Below, piece by piece: positions 25,623-29,592 of a DNA stretch of 29,592 bases. Under the pieces are notes generated by a model, which was not told the origin of the DNA, searched no databases, and saw only the letters and a list, made by a program, of their open reading frames with translations. The stretch's first letter is position 1. Every line of letters starts with the position of its first letter. The translations under genes and the position numbers were made by a program. Source of the DNA: a virus (lineage: Duplodnaviria > Caudoviricetes); IMG/VR virus record IMGVR_UViG_3300048629_000106, positions 1 to 29,592 of that record, one strand, 5' to 3'.

Positions 25623-27314
25623 TTATTTTATTCCTTGGTTTTGGGTTTTTATCTGTTCATCTGTAATAATAATTTTTTGGGTGTCTCTTATCAGTTTTCC
25701 TAGTTCTACATCGGGCAATTTAATTAGCGACCAATGTTGTAGTAATTCCTTTTGGTGTGGAGGTATATTACTAATACTTATGGCATTTTGAATGTTTATT
25801 CCTCTTTCTGTGCAGGAGTTTCTTAGTTTTCCAATTTTTATCAAGGCTGATGCTAGTGATACTGGCAACTCTGTCCAGTTGATATATTGTTGCCATAAAT
25901 TTGGGGTTTCTTCAATTATTTCTAGTTGTAAAATAATAGCACACAACATGGCAACATGAGTAATCGTTGTATCTATTCTTTGTATTTTGTTTATTGTTTC
26001 TTTTTTGGCTGGTGGTAGCTTCTCGGTTGCTAGCCAATTTTGTGGTATACCTGATATTTTTTCCAACTGTTTTATGTATGCGTATTTTATAGTTTTGTTG
26101 TTACAGGCAGAAATAATAGGGTTGATGATATATTCTAATATCTCACCAGCCCATTCGGTGGTATCTTTTTTTGCTTTTACTACGTTTGTATATATCCATT
26201 CTACTGGGTGGGTTGCAGTAAAACTAATTGTGTACCCGTCCGCCAATAAATCATCTGGGTCTACCTTAGCTAAGTCTTTAAATTTGGGGGGTATAACTAG
26301 ATTTAGGATATAGATATTGTTAATCTCATTAATTAGTTTGCTTATATGTTTTACACAAGCTGTCTTTCCTGCTGTATCATTATCGGGTATAATCCCAATA
26401 GTTTTTCCTTTGGCTAGTGTGGTTAATAATCTTACCTGTTTTTCAGTTAGTGCTGTTCCTCCTGGTGCCACACAGGCATATCCAGCCTCTAAGCAGGCAA
26501 TAGCTTTTATTTGTCCCTCTATAATAATGGGATATGCAGATCCTTTACTGTTCATAATTATTTTTTTTGCGTGGTGGTATCCAAAAATTACCTCTGATTT
26601 TTTAAAAATAGAAGTGGTAGGAGTATTAATATATTTATTTTTTACTTTTTTATCCCTATCCCCAATATATCTTCCCGTAAATCCAATAATTCTACCAGCT
26701 GGCGTGTGTAGTGGTATAACAATTCTGTTTGCCACGGGATCATAAGTACCATTATGTTCTTTGCTTCGCTGCAACAATCCTGCTGATATTAATTTTTCTT
26801 TATCTGTTTCTATCTCTTTAATTTTTTTATTATCAGCAAACCCAATTTGGTACTTGTTAACAATATGTTTATTAAGTCCTCTTTCGAGGCAATATTTCAT
26901 TGCCTCGGGATTTGCTAATAAATTATTATGATAGTGTATAGCTGCTTGAGTGCAGAGGTTGATCAATTCTTGAGTATTTGCCCAAGGGTTTGTTGTGGCA
27001 GTACTGTCATCGCTCTGAGCGTACTGGCATTGTACGCCTGTAATTACTGCCAATTCTTGTATAGCTCCCAAAAAATCTATATTGTTAATTGCCATGATAA
27101 ACCCAACAACTCCGCCTTTTTCATGGCAACCAAAACAATAAAATGTCTGTCGGCTAGTATTAACTTTGAATGACGGGGTTTTTTCTTTATGAAATGGACA
27201 ACATCCACTATATGTATCACCGCCGCAATTTTTAAGTGTAACGTGGGTAGAGATAATGTTAAGTATATCATCACTGCCTTTTTGGATTATTTCATCTATA
27301 TTTGTAATATACAT
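25623..27314 (-). CDS. dnaG: DnaG-type DNA primase
   Basis: CHC2 zinc finger CPFHKEKTPSF...CFGC; RIVIP...GRIIGFTGR; KYINT; TOPRIM motifs IIEG, GGTA, PDND.AG and DPDD. Confidence 0.93.
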   Translation of the reverse strand: MYITNIDEIIQKGSDDILNIISTHVTLKNCGGDTYSGCCPFHKEKTPSFKVNTSRQTFYCFGCHEKGGVVGFIMAINNIDFLGAIQELAVITGVQCQYAQSDDSTATTNPWANTQELINLCTQAAIHYHNNLLANPEAMKYCLERGLNKHIVNKYQIGFADNKKIKEIETDKEKLISAGLLQRSKEHNGTYDPVANRIVIPLHTPAGRIIGFTGRYIGDRDKKVKNKYINTPTTSIFKKSEVIFGYHHAKKIIMNSKGSAYPIIIEGQIKAIACLEAGYACVAPGGTALTEKQVRLLTTLAKGKTIGIIPDNDTAGKTACVKHISKLINEINNIYILNLVIPPKFKDLAKVDPDDLLADGYTISFTATHPVEWIYTNVVKAKKDTTEWAGEILEYIINPIISACNNKTIKYAYIKQLEKISGIPQNWLATEKLPPAKKETINKIQRIDTTITHVAMLCAIILQLEIIEETPNLWQQYINWTELPVSLASALIKIGKLRNSCTERGINIQNAISISNIPPHQKELLQHWSLIKLPDVELGKLIRDTQKIIITDEQIKTQNQGIK

Positions 27315-28750
27315 TATATATTAATATCCTCATCTTTTATAATTTGTCGTTGGTTGTCAGCTGTGGTTTGGGTGTTGGTAATTATTGCCTCTCTGGTTTT
27401 CCATGTTTCTTCGCAATTATGTTGCTCCGAGTCTTTAGTCCAGGCTTTAAATCTTATGCAATAACCCACAAATTCTAGCTTCGTAACAAAAACATCACCA
27501 TTACGATTTTTGGCAACATCTAAAAATGCTTCATTGGGGTATATTTCCACTCCTTCTATAAGCGTTCTTTCTCCGGGTCTCATTAATAACATGATAACAG
27601 ATGCATCCTGTTCTAAGGCTCCAGAGTCTTTAAGTTCGTGTACTCGTGGAAATTTTTCTGCTCCGCTCCTGTTGATTTGTGCGAGTATTAATCCTGCGGT
27701 GTTGGTTCGTTTAAAGATTGATTTCCACATCCAGCTAATCTGACTTAATTCTTCCGCCCTAGTTCCCCCGTTCCATCTAGGTATATGTTGTAATTGGATA
27801 TAGTCTACTACTACCAATCCTCTGCCATACTTCATTGTCCAGGCCACTACTTCTGCGGTGGCTTGGCGTGGGGTAATTCTTGGGTCGTCAATTATTTTTA
27901 ATTTAGTTGTTTTTAAAAAATCAAGGGTGTCTAAAACCCTTTTCTCTGTTGCTATATTTAGTTTGCCTCGGGTAAAATGTGCATAACTTACGTGAGATAT
28001 GGCACAAGCTAACCTAGCCATAATTTTTTCTTCTGACATCTCAAAAGAGAAAAACAATACTGGTATATTATTGTATATACTATGTATACACATGGATATA
28101 GCAAGAGCGGTTTTACCCTGTCCTGGTCTTGCAGCTAAAATATGTATCTCTCCATACTGCAAGCCACTTAATTCATAATCCAGCATTTTTATTCCTACGG
28201 GTATTCCTGTAAATTCTTCTGTTCTGTGTTTGGTGGCAAAATATATATCCTCCACCTTCTGTGCCAACTTTGATGCTTCTGCTCCCATAATCCCGCAATT
28301 TGTGGTTGCATCCATTTGATTTCTGGCAAAATCAATAAAATCTCCTATGTCCTCTATTCCTTCTTTCGCCTTTGCTTGTATCCTATTTGTTGCCCTAATA
28401 ACTGCCCTTTTTTGAGTTATGCCTAGTAACTCCTTTGCCCTTTGTTCGTGGTAAGCAGGATCTTCGGCAAACTTAAATATTTCGTCCAGCACCATAACCA
28501 AATGTTCTTGCCCTCGGGCTATTAATTTATTTTTTATGGTTTTGTAGTTTGGTTGTTGGTGTTGGTCGTGGATTCGCAATGCTAAATTAGCTATTTCCTG
28601 CTTATCCGCGGTTGATCCAAAGGCATCCTGCCACAACTCCCCCAAGACTTGATAGCTTATGTTGATTGTGATTGGGTACTTAATCACAGTACCCAATACT
28701 TGGTTTTCTATTTCAGGATCCCACTGTAGTGGGTATGCTTGTAATTCCAT
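27314..28750 (-). CDS. dnaB: DnaB-like replicative helicase
   Basis: AARPGQGKT, FSFEMS, VVVDYIQL, AQINR, LKDSGALEQDA and KNRNG. Confidence 0.95.
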   Translation of the reverse strand: MELQAYPLQWDPEIENQVLGTVIKYPITINISYQVLGELWQDAFGSTADKQEIANLALRIHDQHQQPNYKTIKNKLIARGQEHLVMVLDEIFKFAEDPAYHEQRAKELLGITQKRAVIRATNRIQAKAKEGIEDIGDFIDFARNQMDATTNCGIMGAEASKLAQKVEDIYFATKHRTEEFTGIPVGIKMLDYELSGLQYGEIHILAARPGQGKTALAISMCIHSIYNNIPVLFFSFEMSEEKIMARLACAISHVSYAHFTRGKLNIATEKRVLDTLDFLKTTKLKIIDDPRITPRQATAEVVAWTMKYGRGLVVVDYIQLQHIPRWNGGTRAEELSQISWMWKSIFKRTNTAGLILAQINRSGAEKFPRVHELKDSGALEQDASVIMLLMRPGERTLIEGVEIYPNEAFLDVAKNRNGDVFVTKLEFVGYCIRFKAWTKDSEQHNCEETWKTREAIITNTQTTADNQRQIIKDEDINI

Positions 28751-28751
28751 T

Positions 28752-29249
28752 TTAGTATCTCATTCTTCTTAGCCATTTGTTTTCTTTTTGGCGTGGTTGG
28801 TTTTTGTCTTCGTTTTTTTTGTTTTGAGTCTTTGGAACTTTTATGCTTCTAAAACAATTCTCTAGGTAAGATATAATTGCCTTGTGTTTTATGTTGGCAA
28901 TTTCTGCTTGTTTAATTCTTAGATTAAACCTATTGATAAATTCATCCAAAGATAAATTACTCTGGATCTTTCTTATTTCTTCGATGCTTGCTGCATCTAG
29001 TTCTGTGTACTTCCCTATATTAATTTTACTCTTTTCCTCTGTTGTTGCAGGAGTAAAGATGTATTGGTTCCCTTTTAGCTTTGTAATTTTCCCAAATTCG
29101 CCCTCTTTGCAACATGCCTTAAAGCGAGTTACCCTTCTGGGGTTGTCATCTATAAAGGTTTTTGGGGTGGTATCGTCCATTTTTGCAAAAAACTTGCAAA
29201 ACTTGGGGTTTTCGCCTAATATTTCTAATTGTTTTCTGCTTATTTTCAT
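28752..29249 (-). CDS. Hypothetical protein upstream of DnaB, possibly a replication initiator/loader
   Basis: AAGGA SD 9 nt before the ATG; first gene of the operon; basic C-terminal tail. Function is inferred from position only. Confidence 0.5.
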   Translation of the reverse strand: MKISRKQLEILGENPKFCKFFAKMDDTTPKTFIDDNPRRVTRFKACCKEGEFGKITKLKGNQYIFTPATTEEKSKINIGKYTELDAASIEEIRKIQSNLSLDEFINRFNLRIKQAEIANIKHKAIISYLENCFRSIKVPKTQNKKNEDKNQPRQKENKWLRRMRY

Positions 29250-29268
29250 ATTTAACTATCCTTATGAT

Positions 29269-29300
29269 TAAACAATATAAACAATATAAACAATACAATA
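29269..29300. repeat. TAAACAATA x3 tandem repeat (plus partial copy) upstream of the replication operon
   Basis: Copies at 29269, 29278 and 29287. Confidence 0.85.
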
Positions 29301-29331
29301 CAAAAAAACAACACCTAAAAACAAAATAAAT

Positions 29332-29384
29332 AAAAAAGGTGTGCTAGCTGTTGGGGATAGGATGGGTAGGACTAGCACACCTGT
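29332..29384 (-). ncRNA. Candidate small RNA 2: 11-bp stem, 24-nt CU-rich loop, U-tail
   Basis: AGGTGTGCTAG (29337-47)/CTAGCACACCT (29372-82); an A-tract on + gives the U-tail on -; lies just downstream of promoter repeat 1. Confidence 0.5.
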
Positions 29385-29389
29385 TATAT

Positions 29390-29427
29390 ATAATACCACC
29401 CAAAAAACTTAGTTACAAGATGTTAGT
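29390..29427 (-). promoter_or_regulatory. Promoter repeat copy 1 (TTGTAA-17-TATTAT, extended -10 TG)
   Basis: The minus strand reads ttgtaa ctaagttttttgggtgg tattat; 33/36 identical to copy 2. Confidence 0.7.
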
Positions 29428-29449
29428 ATGGTATTTTTCTAAAATAAAC

Positions 29450-29527
29450 AAAAAAAAGATGCAACCAAAGGAGAGTATAGTTGCATCTGTGGTTTTATAA
29501 TCGCCTTTCGGCTTTATGCGGTTTACT
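29450..29527 (-). ncRNA. Candidate small RNA 1: GAAA-tetraloop hairpin plus terminator hairpin whose loop is antisense to the integrase RBS
   Basis: The minus strand has GCC-GAAA-GGC, then AGATGCAAC-TATACTCTCCTTTG-GTTGCATCT and a U-run; lies downstream of promoter repeat 2. Confidence 0.6.
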
Positions 29528-29532
29528 TAATT

Positions 29533-29570
29533 AAAATACCACCTCAAAAACTTAGTTACAAGATGTTGGT
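29533..29570 (-). promoter_or_regulatory. Promoter repeat copy 2 (TTGTAA-17-TATTTT, extended -10 TG)
   Basis: 36-bp direct repeat located 143 bp from copy 1. Confidence 0.65.
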
Positions 29571-29592
29571 GTAATAAAAAATAAAAAAAAGG

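Larger units (their letters stand above)
1..29592. mobile_element. Segment of a tailed, probably temperate, bacteriophage genome (virion arm, integrase, convergent replication/accessory arm)
   Basis: Tail-repeat protein, giant polyvalent protein, tyrosine integrase, Xis-like HTH, DnaB/DnaG, DUF5131, HNH and densely packed small ORFs with ATGA/TAATG overlaps. No host housekeeping gene or att boundary is seen. Confidence 0.93.

Noticed and set aside
26655-26665. 11-nt complementarity between the sRNA 2 loop and the primase coding sequence
   Set aside because: Short, internal to the CDS and plausible by chance; no convincing target for sRNA 2 was found in this window.
18118-29271. Plus-strand ORFs opposite the minus-strand operon
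   Set aside because: Antisense shadows of well-supported, SD-bearing, tightly packed minus-strand genes.
29392-29570. 36-bp direct repeats as a CRISPR array
   Set aside because: Only two copies are visible, the 107-bp spacer is too long and structured, the repeat reads as a promoter, and no cas genes are present.

Overview
The whole window is AT-rich tailed-phage DNA, probably temperate, with no recognisable host genes. The + strand arm (1-17.2 kb) carries the 3' part of a repeat-rich tail/adhesin gene (cut by the left edge), two putative internal-virion proteins, a 3642-aa DarB-like polyvalent protein (ParB-like domain, SF2 helicase, amino-methyltransferase, HExxH zincin, probable LPD38-like C-terminus) and a tyrosine integrase. 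It ends at a double-hairpin terminator. The convergent - strand arm (17.3-29.25 kb) is an early/replication operon: putative initiator, DnaB-like helicase, DnaG primase, Xis-like HTH, GroES-like protein, RHH-Zn finger, DnaJ-type Zn finger, transglutaminase-like protein, HNH, DUF5131 and a HAD phosphatase, plus many small ORFs. Three observations stand out. (1) The right edge holds a tandem array of promoter-hairpin-terminator small-RNA cassettes, one of which is complementary (18 of 19 nt) to the integrase ribosome-binding site 13 kb away. (2) A 224-codon +1-frame ORF with its own Shine-Dalgarno is overprinted on the disordered linker of the giant protein. (3) A stand-alone single copy of the tail-protein repeat domain is encoded in the early operon. 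All calls come from reading motifs by eye; no database searches were run.
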